Below, in pieces: positions 45,266 through 56,433 of a stretch of DNA of 64,000 nucleotides. Every line of letters begins with the position of its first letter. The first letter of the stretch is position 1. A model generated the notes under the pieces. That model did no database searches and was not told the DNA's origin. It saw nothing but the letters and a program-made list of their open reading frames with translations. Position numbers and translations under genes: made by a program. Origin of the DNA: Armatimonadota bacterium (GTDB lineage: Bacteria; Armatimonadota; Hebobacteria; GCA-020354555; CP070648); contig CP070648.1 in the NCBI GenBank assembly GCA_020354555.1, forward strand, positions 2,544,152 to 2,608,151, given 5' to 3'.

Positions 45266-46681
45266 TCAGTCCTGAGGGGATGCCCCCGCCGCGCCTCCCT
45301 GCCGTATGCGCTGCTCGTACAACTCGGGCAGATGCAGTCGCACCTGCTCTTTTAGCTCATCGTCCGAGATCCCGGTCAGGCGGCCGTGAACGGTATACTG
45401 GTCCATCACCCACCGCGCGATCTTGAGCACGTCGCGCTTGCGGACCTGCCCATCGCCCTCGAGACCGAGGAAGTCGTTGACCCAGTGGGTGATGCCATCC
45501 ACGCCGCTCTTGTCGGTGATGGCCACGCGGGGTGGTTGGCCGAGCAGCACGCGCGTGTCGAAGATGTTGTAGATGCGCTCGTCGCGCCGCAGGCCCTCGG
45601 CATGAATGCCCGCCATGGTGCGGTTGAAGTTGCTGCCGACGAAGGGCTGTCCCGCAGGGATTTGTGCGCCGACATGCTCGTCGAAGTAGCGGGCAATCTC
45701 GGTCAGCACGCTGAGGTCCGCCCCGTTGAGCGTGCCCTTGAGGCCCGCATACTCGACCAGGGCGCCTTCGAGCGGTGGATTGCCGGTGCGCTCGCCGAAG
45801 CCGAGCAGCGTCGTGTTGACGGCGTCGCACCCGTAGAGCCAGCAGGTAACGCCGTTGATGTGCGCCTTGTGGAAGTCGTTATGGCCGTGCCATTCCAGGC
45901 GGTCGGAGGGGATCCCACCCTCGTTGACAATGGTATGAACCAGCTTGGGGATGCTGCGCGGCAGGGCCGCCCCTGGGAAAGTGACGCCGTAGCCCAGGGT
46001 GTCACACAGCCTGACCTTGGGCTTCAGATGATCGGGCGCCTGCTCTCCCAACTCCGCCAGCTTCTGCACAAACGGCAGCACGAAGCCTTCGATATCTGCG
46101 CGCGTGACGTCCTCGAGGTGGCAGCGCGGGCGCACACCGGTCGCCAGCGCTCCCTCGACAACGCGGATGTATTGGTCGAACGCTTCGCGCCGCGTCATCT
46201 TCTGCTTGTGGAAGATGTGGTAGTCGCTCGCCGAAGTCAGCATGCCGGTCTCGTCAAGACCCATGTCTTTGACCAGCCTGAAGTCGCCCTCGTCCGCGCG
46301 AATCCATCCCGTGATGCGAGGATACTCATGCCCCAACTCGCGGCACAGGTCAACCGCCTGCCGGTCCTTGGGGGTGTAGAGGAAGAACTCGCTCAGCCGA
46401 ATGACTCCGTTGGGCCCGCTGAGCCTAACGAGCAGGCTGTAAATGTCCCGGATCTGCTCCAGCGAATACGGCGGGCGTGCCTGCTGACCGTCGCGGAACG
46501 TAGTATCGGTGATGAACAGGTCGCGCCTCACCGCCTCCCGCGGGTCGAACTCCACGACCCGGCCGTTGATTTCCTCGCGTATTCGCCCGTCAAAGGTGAT
46601 CAGCGGAACCCTGTCGTACGGGAACACGTCTTCGAGCAGGTTAGGTTGACCCACCTCCTGAACTTCGCGCCGTTCGGTCAT
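45266..46681 (-). CDS. HMGL-like (DRE-TIM) aldolase family: homocitrate / citramalate / Re-citrate-synthase-like
   Basis: 'FITDTTFRDGQQ', 'LEWHGHNDFHKA' and 'LLGFGERTGNPPLE' are present. ATG 46681 follows AGGAGG. Confidence 0.75.
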   Translation of the reverse strand: MTERREVQEVGQPNLLEDVFPYDRVPLITFDGRIREEINGRVVEFDPREAVRRDLFITDTTFRDGQQARPPYSLEQIRDIYSLLVRLSGPNGVIRLSEFFLYTPKDRQAVDLCRELGHEYPRITGWIRADEGDFRLVKDMGLDETGMLTSASDYHIFHKQKMTRREAFDQYIRVVEGALATGVRPRCHLEDVTRADIEGFVLPFVQKLAELGEQAPDHLKPKVRLCDTLGYGVTFPGAALPRSIPKLVHTIVNEGGIPSDRLEWHGHNDFHKAHINGVTCWLYGCDAVNTTLLGFGERTGNPPLEGALVEYAGLKGTLNGADLSVLTEIARYFDEHVGAQIPAGQPFVGSNFNRTMAGIHAEGLRRDERIYNIFDTRVLLGQPPRVAITDKSGVDGITHWVNDFLGLEGDGQVRKRDVLKIARWVMDQYTVHGRLTGISDDELKEQVRLHLPELYEQRIRQGGAAGASPQD

Positions 46682-46707
46682 CAACGAACCTCCTGTGTGA
46701 TACTCGG

Positions 46708-46737
46708 AGTATATAACATCCCTGGGTAATAAGGCAA
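46708..46737 (-). promoter_or_regulatory. sigma70-type promoter (TTGCCT-18-TATACT) for the HMGL-like gene
   Basis: The minus strand reads TTGCCTtattacccagggatgttaTATACT, about 25 nt upstream of the start. Confidence 0.4.
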
Positions 46738-46918
46738 CTCCGCCGTGACACAACCAACGCCTGTGCCCACGGAAGTGCGGATTCCGCAGGCAGAAGCCGC
46801 GGCTGCGACCCGGCGCGAAACGGGTCCTCGCCAAGAGCGCCGTGAAGCGCGCTGCTACAGCCGAGTCTCGCATGTCTATCCAAGGCTACAGGGAACGGTC
46901 CGCCCGCACGCCGCGCGC

Positions 46919-46947
46919 TTGACGCGCCGGCGTACGCGTGAGAGAAT
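46919..46947 (+). promoter_or_regulatory. sigma70-type promoter (TTGACG-17-GAGAAT, with a TG extension) for htrA
   Basis: TTGACG at 46919-46924 and GAGAAT at 46942-46947, preceded by TGA. Confidence 0.5.
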
Positions 46948-46979
46948 CCGGCAAGCAGACCTGATTGGAGTGAGACGCT

Positions 46980-48095
46980 ATGCGCCGCAACATCGCTGTG
47001 ATTATCGCCCGGCACTCGCTGGTCGTCGGGATTGCCATCGGTTGCATCATCGGTGCCGCCTTGACCGGCCTGGTCATGGGACGCAGCCGCGCGGTGCTCG
47101 CCAAGCCGGCGTACGCGCAGGCTACGGCTCCGGAGTCCGAGCCGGCGATCATCGCCGCAATCCAAAAGGTCGGGCCCGCCGTGGTCAACATTGACACCAT
47201 AATCCAGTCCAGAGCCGCAGAGCTGCCCGCGCCCCTGCGCGAGTTCTTCGGGGAGCCGTTCCCGCGGCAGGGACAGGCTTCGGGTGTCATCATTGATGCG
47301 CAGGGCCACGTCCTGACGAACAACCACGTCGTGCAGAACGCGCGCGCGGTGAGAGTCACTCTCGCCGACGGGCGCACGTTCGATGCCTCCGTCGTCGGGA
47401 CCGATCCCCTGACCGATATGGCGGTGGTGAAGATCGAAGGCGCTGACCTGCCCGTGGCCGAGTTGGGGAGTTCCGTGGATGTGCCGATCGGCGGTTGGGT
47501 GATCGCGATCGGCAACCCGTTCGGCTATGAGAACACCGTCACCGTCGGCGTCTTGAGCGCCCGCAACCGCCAACTGCGCGCTCCCACGGGAGCGAACCTG
47601 CACGAGCTGCTCCAGACCGACGCTTCGATCAACCCCGGCAACAGCGGCGGCGCATTGGTCGACATTCGGGGCAAAGTCATCGGCATCCCGACGGCGATCA
47701 TCCCCTATGCCCAGGGCATCGGGTTTGCGATCTCCTCCGAGGCCGCCCGCGGTGTGGCCGATGAACTCATCGCGAAAGGCCGCGTCAGCCACCCGTGGCT
47801 GGGGATTTCCAACGTGCCGGTGAGCGAGCATATCGCACGCCAGTTGAAGCTCCCGGATACCAAGGGCGTCGCAGTCATCGGAGTAGTGCCCGACAGCCCG
47901 GCGGCACGAGCGGGGATCCAACCGCGCGATGTGATCGTTCGCATGGGGGAGCGCGAGATTGCGAAGCAGGACGACGTCGGCGAGGTGCTTAGGGAAAGCG
48001 CGGTGGGACAAGTGCTCGCCCTTACGGTGCGCCGCGCGGGGCAAGAGGTGGAACTCGCGGTGACCGTTGGGGAACGACCGGTGCGGCAGCCGTAG
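46980..48095 (+). CDS. htrA: HtrA/DegP-family serine protease with a PDZ domain
   Basis: It has an N-terminal TM anchor and the catalytic triad contexts 'TNNHVV', 'DMAVVKI' and 'GNSGGALVD'. The C-terminal PDZ includes 'GVVPDSPAARAGIQPRDVIV'. Confidence 0.9.
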   Translation: MRRNIAVIIARHSLVVGIAIGCIIGAALTGLVMGRSRAVLAKPAYAQATAPESEPAIIAAIQKVGPAVVNIDTIIQSRAAELPAPLREFFGEPFPRQGQASGVIIDAQGHVLTNNHVVQNARAVRVTLADGRTFDASVVGTDPLTDMAVVKIEGADLPVAELGSSVDVPIGGWVIAIGNPFGYENTVTVGVLSARNRQLRAPTGANLHELLQTDASINPGNSGGALVDIRGKVIGIPTAIIPYAQGIGFAISSEAARGVADELIAKGRVSHPWLGISNVPVSEHIARQLKLPDTKGVAVIGVVPDSPAARAGIQPRDVIVRMGEREIAKQDDVGEVLRESAVGQVLALTVRRAGQEVELAVTVGERPVRQP

Positions 48096-48147
48096 ATCGC
48101 GGGTCCGGTCGCAGCGCGAGCGCCTCATGGGCCGGACGCGATGACGG

Positions 48148-49317
48148 CTAGGCCCCGATGGCGGCCGCCCGCGCCCGCTCGTAGACGTCCTTGAGCGGCA
48201 CGCCCTTCTCACGCGCGAGGCGCCTGCAATCCTCATATTCCGGCGCCACCGTGACGATTTCGCCCTCAAGCCTAGCGATCTTCACGCGCACCTGGCCGAA
48301 CGGCGTCTCCACCGTGACCCAATCCCGGTCGAGGCAATGGCGGCTGACCTCGCGCGCCCGCACGCCGAGGGTCGTCGTCTCGCGGAACAGGATGCGCAGC
48401 AGTTCGGCCTGCTTGTCCGGGGCCGCGAGCGTCGTGAGCAGCGAAGCCGGGCGCGATTTCTTCATGATGATCGGCGTGATGAAGACGTCCAGCGCGCCGG
48501 CCTCGAAGAGCCGCTCGACAACGCGTTCGTAGAACTCCGGGTTCATGTCGTCGAGGTTGGTTTCGAGGACGACCAGTGTTTCCGCGGCAGACGCGCCTGG
48601 TGCCGCCGCGTCGCCGAGGAACATGCGCAGGCAGTTGGGGTGGGGGAGATCCTTGCTGCCGGCGCCGTAGCCCACGCGGCGCACGGTCATCGCAGGCATC
48701 GGCCCGAAGCTGTCGCAGAGGCCGGTAACGAGAGCGGCGCCCGTGGGAGTCACCAGTTCCGTCTCGGCGCCGCCGCCGTAGGTCGGAAACCCCTCGAGCA
48801 GCTTCGCCGTCGCCGGAGCCGGAATCGGCAGCCGGCCGTGATCCGTCTCGACCCATCCGGAGCCGAGAGGCAACGGCGAGCAGGTGGCGCGTTCGATGCC
48901 GAGCATGCCGAAGCCGACGACCGTGCCGACAATGTCCACGATGGCGTCAACTGCGCCGACCTCGTGGAAGTGCACGTCTTCCACCGCGACGCCGTGGACC
49001 GACGCCTCCGCCTCCGCTAGGCGTCGGAAAATGTCGCCTGCGCGCCGCGCGACCTGCAAATCGAGGGAGCCGCGCTCGATCACGCCAAGGACTTCGGCAA
49101 GGCGCCGCTCGGGCTGGGATTCGGAGACCTCGACCTCCACCAGCGTGCACTCGATGGGCCCCCGTTGAACGCGCTCGGCCCTGAGCCGCCAGCCCTTCAG
49201 ATCGAGGCCCGACAAGGCGGACTGGAGCCCGTCGCGGTCGAGTCCGCAGTCAACCAGCGCGCCGAGCAGCATATTGCCGCTCGCGCCGGAGAAGCAATCG
49301 AGATGCGCTGTTTTCAT
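48148..49317 (-). CDS. larC: nickel-pincer cofactor biosynthesis protein LarC (nickel insertase, DUF111)
   Basis: 'MKTAHLDCFSGASGNMLLGALVDCGL' and 'FHEVGAVDAIVDIVG' are present, with full-length DUF111 architecture. Confidence 0.9.
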   Translation of the reverse strand: MKTAHLDCFSGASGNMLLGALVDCGLDRDGLQSALSGLDLKGWRLRAERVQRGPIECTLVEVEVSESQPERRLAEVLGVIERGSLDLQVARRAGDIFRRLAEAEASVHGVAVEDVHFHEVGAVDAIVDIVGTVVGFGMLGIERATCSPLPLGSGWVETDHGRLPIPAPATAKLLEGFPTYGGGAETELVTPTGAALVTGLCDSFGPMPAMTVRRVGYGAGSKDLPHPNCLRMFLGDAAAPGASAAETLVVLETNLDDMNPEFYERVVERLFEAGALDVFITPIIMKKSRPASLLTTLAAPDKQAELLRILFRETTTLGVRAREVSRHCLDRDWVTVETPFGQVRVKIARLEGEIVTVAPEYEDCRRLAREKGVPLKDVYERARAAAIGA

Positions 49318-49378
49318 GCCGCCGTTGTATTCTACACGCCTGACCGCGAAGACCTGCTTTCAAGAACTGTCACAGGGC

Positions 49379-50434
49379 CTACTCGTGCCTTGCCCGCGGC
49401 GGCACGCGCGCCGGCAGCAGCCACCGCGGGCGCTTGATGAACTCGCCGCCCTTGGGGGTCTGCTCAACCAGGCCGGCCTTTTCGAGGTGGTTGAAGCAGC
49501 TGCGCATGCAGCCCCGCGAGCCCTCGACCCCGTAGCTGCCTGCCTCACCCCACTTCTGGAGCATCGCGTGCCCCTCGACGACGTAACCGGAAGGGAACTC
49601 CTCCGTCGCCCGCCAGCGCCCGGTTGAGAGCGGCCAGCACAGCTTGTAGGCGGCCTCCTCCGACAGCTCCTGCTCGGTCACATCGAAGCTCCACCCCGGG
49701 AGATCGCGGTGCAGGAACGGCGAAACGCGGGGGTCGCCTCCGTGGTAGATGAGTGTGCACTTGCCCATGTCCACATCGGCCCACTCGTAGGTTCTGCCCT
49801 CGATTCGGATTGAGACTGACTTCCCCTCTGTGATGTGAGGGATCGCGCCCGGGCACCCCTTGACGCACTCCATGCAGCGCCGGCAGATGGCGCCCGGTTC
49901 GATCAGCGGGTCGGGCTGCAGGGGCATGTCAGTGATGATGGCGTGAAGGCGCTGGCGTGGCCCGAACCTCGGCGTCAGGAAGACCTTCGACCAGCCGATC
50001 TCGCCCAGGCCGGCGGCGACCGCTGCGATGCGTATTGCGAGTTGCACATCAGGCGCGGCGGCGCCCGGTCGCAGGGCTTCGGTCGGCGGCTGCGCTTCCG
50101 GCACGCCGGGGTAGTAAGGCACCGCCTCCCACCCCTGATCCTCCAGCAGACACGCGACTTCGTACAGCGGGATGGGGATGAAGACAGTGTTGAGCAGGCC
50201 GTGGTAATCGAAATACGTGTATGACGGCCAGTAGGTGCCTTCCTCGATCCCTCGCCAGCCGCCGCGCAAGATGCGTTTGCCGACGACGATGACGGACCGC
50301 GCCTCCGGGAAGATGGCGGCTGGATGCATCCGCGCGGGAGCACCGTCAAAACGCTCGATGTTGGCGACCCCCAGCAGGTCGAGGCCCTGGGAGACGGCGA
50401 ACTCGCGGAGCGATTCTGTGGTGAGAGCGGCCAT
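49379..50434 (-). CDS. QueG/RdhA-superfamily iron-sulfur protein (paralogue A)
   Basis: The N-terminal half resembles epoxyqueuosine reductase or reductive dehalogenase ('GLDLLGVANIERF...IFPEARSVIVVGK...AAGLGEIGWSKVFLTPRFGPRQRL..ITDMPLQPD'). It has a canonical 'CRRCMECVKGCP' 4Fe-4S motif and a distal 'CMRSC'. Confidence 0.7.
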   Translation of the reverse strand: MAALTTESLREFAVSQGLDLLGVANIERFDGAPARMHPAAIFPEARSVIVVGKRILRGGWRGIEEGTYWPSYTYFDYHGLLNTVFIPIPLYEVACLLEDQGWEAVPYYPGVPEAQPPTEALRPGAAAPDVQLAIRIAAVAAGLGEIGWSKVFLTPRFGPRQRLHAIITDMPLQPDPLIEPGAICRRCMECVKGCPGAIPHITEGKSVSIRIEGRTYEWADVDMGKCTLIYHGGDPRVSPFLHRDLPGWSFDVTEQELSEEAAYKLCWPLSTGRWRATEEFPSGYVVEGHAMLQKWGEAGSYGVEGSRGCMRSCFNHLEKAGLVEQTPKGGEFIKRPRWLLPARVPPRARHE

Positions 50435-50439
50435 GGCGC

Positions 50440-51318
50440 TTACAGCAGTCTCCGGTCCTCGACGATTCCCCAGGGCGGGCGCTTGCGGAACGGATGTCGG
50501 AACGTGTTGGCGACGCGGTTGTTGGCCTCGAGGTAGGCAATGCAGCTGCGCGTGCAGAGGGCGGCGAGGCGTTCTGGGCGACCGGAGGGATGATATGGGT
50601 TGGGCGCGGCACCGTTCTTGCACTGCGCACACTTCGAGTGATCGAGTCCGGCCACGAGCATATCTTTGCCGCAAATCGAGATCGTGCGCTCGGCGCCGGG
50701 GTCAATCGCTCCGAGCGGGCAGAAAGCAGCGTGATCCCGCTGGCGGTCGCATACCGGCGCCTCAAGCAGCGGATCGGGCGCCAGCGCTGCGTCGGTAAGG
50801 ATGAGCTGTATCCGCTGGCGCGGCCCGAACTCAGGGGTCAGCAGTAAGCCGCAGTAGCCGATCTCGCCCAGGCCGGCGCGCACGGCGGCATCGTCAAAAT
50901 CGGGCATGACGTTGGGCGCCGGTTGCCCCGGCCGCACCGGCACGCCGAGCGGCGGGACCTCTGCGGGCAGGTTCGGCAGCGGCACCGCTTCCCAACCGCT
51001 GTCCTCCAGCAACTGGGCGATCCTCATCGTGGCCGTGGCGAGCACGCGGTTGTTGAGCCAATCCCGGCCGTAGAGATGATAGAGCTGGAACTGGGTACCC
51101 TCCTCGACGCCGCGCAGCGCCCCGCGCGTGATACGCTTGCCGACAACGAGGACCGATTGGATTTCCGGGAAGATCGCAGCCGGGTGGTGGTCGGCCGCGA
51201 CGTCGCTGAAGCGAGCTATGGAGGCGATCCCCAGCAGATCGGCGCCGAGGTCGCGAGCCTGGGCCTTCAAGTGACGGGTCAGATCGTGTGAATCGCCGCC
51301 CGGTTCCGGTGCAGGCAT
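50440..51318 (-). CDS. QueG/RdhA-superfamily protein (paralogue B, first Fe-S motif degenerate)
   Basis: It is collinear with paralogue A ('FPEIQSVLVVGKRI', 'AGLGEIGYCGLLLTPEFGPRQRI..LTDAALAPD') but reads 'VCDRQRDHAAFCP' where A has CxxCxxCxxxCP. ATG 51318 follows AGGAG, and its stop is 5 nt before the start of A. Confidence 0.65.
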   Translation of the reverse strand: MPAPEPGGDSHDLTRHLKAQARDLGADLLGIASIARFSDVAADHHPAAIFPEIQSVLVVGKRITRGALRGVEEGTQFQLYHLYGRDWLNNRVLATATMRIAQLLEDSGWEAVPLPNLPAEVPPLGVPVRPGQPAPNVMPDFDDAAVRAGLGEIGYCGLLLTPEFGPRQRIQLILTDAALAPDPLLEAPVCDRQRDHAAFCPLGAIDPGAERTISICGKDMLVAGLDHSKCAQCKNGAAPNPYHPSGRPERLAALCTRSCIAYLEANNRVANTFRHPFRKRPPWGIVEDRRLL

Positions 51319-51420
51319 GGACGGTCTCCTGTGTCCGCGGTGGCGGGCGAACGCGGCGGCAAGGCCGTTGGTTCGCTGTCCGGCCGCGCTCGGTCGAGCA
51401 CGGCTTCGGCCTCGCCTGTG

Positions 51421-51461
51421 GAGGCACAGCATGCGTCCCCGCATCCGAAGGGCTGTGCCTC
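51421..51461 (-). other. 10-bp GC-rich hairpin starting at the larB stop codon
   Basis: GAGGCACAGC (51421-51430) pairs with GCTGTGCCTC (51452-51461) around a 21-nt loop. There is no U-tract, and the hairpin lies in a 142-nt spacer. Confidence 0.4.
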
Positions 51462-52261
51462 TACGGTTCGCGCGTGTCCGGTGACGCGTCGGGTGCCGCG
51501 GCGCAGGTCGCGATCAGGGCGGCATAGTAGCCGGCGCCGTAGCCATTATCAATATTAACCACGGCGACGCCGCCGGCGCAGCTATTGAGCATGGTCAGCA
51601 GCGCGCCGATCCCGCCGAAGCTCGTGCCGTAGCCGACGCTGGTGGGCACCGCGACGACAGGCGCGCGCGCCAACCCACCGACGACGCTGGCCAGCGCGCC
51701 CTCCATCCCCGCCACGACAACGATGGCGCTTGCCTCGGCGAGCTTGTCCGCGTGTCCGAGCAGCCGGTGAATGCCCGCGACACCGACGTCGTACAGACGC
51801 TCGACGCGGCAGCCCATCGTCTCGGCGGTGACCGCGGCCTCCTCGGCGACAGGTTGATCGGCGGTACCCGCGGAGATGACGAGCACCGAGCCGCCGCCGG
51901 TGGGCGCATCATCACCCGAGCGCAGCACGATCATCCGCGCAAGCTCTCGGTATTCCGCTTCGGGCAGTTCCGGCCGCACCGCCTCGTACACCTCGCGCGT
52001 CGCGCGGGTTGCGAGCGCGGTCTGCCCGTGCTCGACAAGCCGCTTCATGAGCGCCGCGATCTGTTGGGGGCTCTTGCCCGGGGAGTAGATCGCCTCGGGG
52101 AAGCCTTTGCGCAGGATGCGATGCGTGTCGAGCTTGGCGAAGTCGAGGTCCTCGAACGGCAAGTGCCGCAACCGTTCGAGCGCCTGCTCGACCGGCATTT
52201 CGCCCGACTTGATCTGCTCCAGTAGCTCGCGGAGTCGTTCCTTCATGGTCAGCCTATGCAT
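51461..52261 (-). CDS. larB: nickel-pincer cofactor biosynthesis protein LarB (PurE-like NaAD carboxylase/hydrolase)
   Basis: 'VLVISAGTADQPVAEEA', 'YDVGVAGIHRL', 'VVAGMEGALASVVGGL' and 'VVAVPTSVGYG' are present. Confidence 0.9.
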   Translation of the reverse strand: MHRLTMKERLRELLEQIKSGEMPVEQALERLRHLPFEDLDFAKLDTHRILRKGFPEAIYSPGKSPQQIAALMKRLVEHGQTALATRATREVYEAVRPELPEAEYRELARMIVLRSGDDAPTGGGSVLVISAGTADQPVAEEAAVTAETMGCRVERLYDVGVAGIHRLLGHADKLAEASAIVVVAGMEGALASVVGGLARAPVVAVPTSVGYGTSFGGIGALLTMLNSCAGGVAVVNIDNGYGAGYYAALIATCAAAPDASPDTREP

Positions 52262-52324
52262 CCTGGTTACGCCGCGGCAGGCCGCACCTCCTGCGCGGGC
52301 CAGCAGCGCCTTGGGCAGAACTGA

Positions 52325-52383
52325 TAGGGGCGCACGGCCGTGCGCCCCTACATGAAAGAGATATCCGTCCGGGACTCGGACGG
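52325..52383 (-). terminator. two tandem hairpins downstream of ppdK (candidate terminators)
   Basis: CCGTCC/GGACGG (52365-52383) is followed on the minus strand by ATATCTCTTTCA. Next comes an 11-bp stem TAGGGGCGCAC-GGCC-GTGCGCCCCTA (52325-52350), followed by TCAGTTCT. Confidence 0.45.
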
Positions 52384-52398
52384 CGGGGAACAGGGTCT

Positions 52399-55080
<2,682 letters not shown>

Positions 55081-55170
55081 CAAATCCTCCTTGGATCCTG
55101 TATTATTGCCATGTTGCGCGGCGGAATGGTTCCCGAATCCCGCCGGTGCGGACGATGGGATACCGGTCAA

Positions 55171-56292
55171 TCAGGGCGAGCCGGAGCCGCGTGCGGCTTT
55201 CGCTCGCTCCCACAGCGCGTCCATCTCTGCAAGCTTCATGCCTTCGAGAGTTTTCCCCCGTTCGGCGGCGAGTTCCCGCATTTTCGCGAAGCGGTCGGCG
55301 AAGCGGTCAGCCGCGGCTCTGAGCGCCTGTTCGGCATCGACCCCGGCGAAGCGCGACACATTCACGACCGCGAATAGTATGTCGCCCAGTTCGTGCTCCA
55401 GGCGCGGCGAGCCCGGCGTCTCGGTCGCCAGCTCCCTCTTGAGTTCCTCGATTTCCTCCAGCAGCTTCGCCAGCGGACCCTCCGCCTCGGTCCACTCGAA
55501 GCCGTAATGCGCCGCCCGCCGCTGCACCTTCTGTGCGCGATCGAGCGCGGGCAGCGTGGGCGCCACGCCGGAGAGCAGCCCTTCTGACTCGTCGCTGCCG
55601 GCTTCGTCACGCTTGAGTTCATCCCATCGCCGCAGCACCGCGGCCGCATCGTCGACGACCGCGTCCCCGAACACGTGAGGATGGCGCGACACGAGCTTGT
55701 CGCGCAGCCGCCTCGCGACGTCATTGAAGTCGAACTCCCCGCGCTCGGCCGCGAGATGAGCGTGGAAGATGATCTGGAGCAGGATGTCGCCCAACTCGCT
55801 CGCGAGTTCCTGCCAGTCCGCGCGATCAATGGCGGCGATGGCCTCGTGCGCTTCCTCGAGCAGGCAGCGCCGCAGTGTGCGGTGATCCTGCTCCCGGTCC
55901 CACGGGCAGCCGTCCTCACCGCGCAATCGTGCCATGATGGCGCGCAGACCGTCCACGTCCGCGCGCTGCTCCGCCGGCAGCGCGGCAACGAACACACTCA
56001 CCGGCGGCGGCATCTCCGCCGCCGGTTCCAACTCGGCGAGGGTAACCGCCCGTGTTGCTTGGTGCGACGAGCCGGGGCGACTCACGACTGTCGCAGGATG
56101 ATCCATGGGATAGTGCGCAGTCAGCGTGTCGCGCAAGCGCGAGGCAACATTCGCATTACCTATGCCGATGAACAGGCTGTCGGCGCCGGCATCGGGCGTC
56201 ACCTCTCCTCGGCGCACATCGAACACCCGGACGCCGGTGAGTTCAGCCCCGGCCGCTCTCACAGCGGCCTCGATGGAACTAGCTTTGGGCAC
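55171..56292 (-). CDS. mazG: MazG-family nucleoside triphosphate pyrophosphohydrolase with an N-terminal extension of about 115 aa
   Basis: There are two MazG repeats ('EEAHEAIAAI...ELGDILLQIIFHA' and 'EEIEELKREL...ELGDILFAVVNVS'). The start is GTG 56292. Confidence 0.85.
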   Translation of the reverse strand: MPKASSIEAAVRAAGAELTGVRVFDVRRGEVTPDAGADSLFIGIGNANVASRLRDTLTAHYPMDHPATVVSRPGSSHQATRAVTLAELEPAAEMPPPVSVFVAALPAEQRADVDGLRAIMARLRGEDGCPWDREQDHRTLRRCLLEEAHEAIAAIDRADWQELASELGDILLQIIFHAHLAAERGEFDFNDVARRLRDKLVSRHPHVFGDAVVDDAAAVLRRWDELKRDEAGSDESEGLLSGVAPTLPALDRAQKVQRRAAHYGFEWTEAEGPLAKLLEEIEELKRELATETPGSPRLEHELGDILFAVVNVSRFAGVDAEQALRAAADRFADRFAKMRELAAERGKTLEGMKLAEMDALWERAKAARGSGSP

Positions 56293-56433
56293 GATCGGTC
56301 GCTCGACCTCCGCCGCTCCGCACTCCGCCTGACCCGGTGAAAAGAGCGTAAGCGCCCGCTAAACGGTGCAGGCGCCCACGCTGATTGTTTGCCGATCGCC
56401 TACGTCGCTGTCGCCGCGGCCTGGCAAGGAGCG

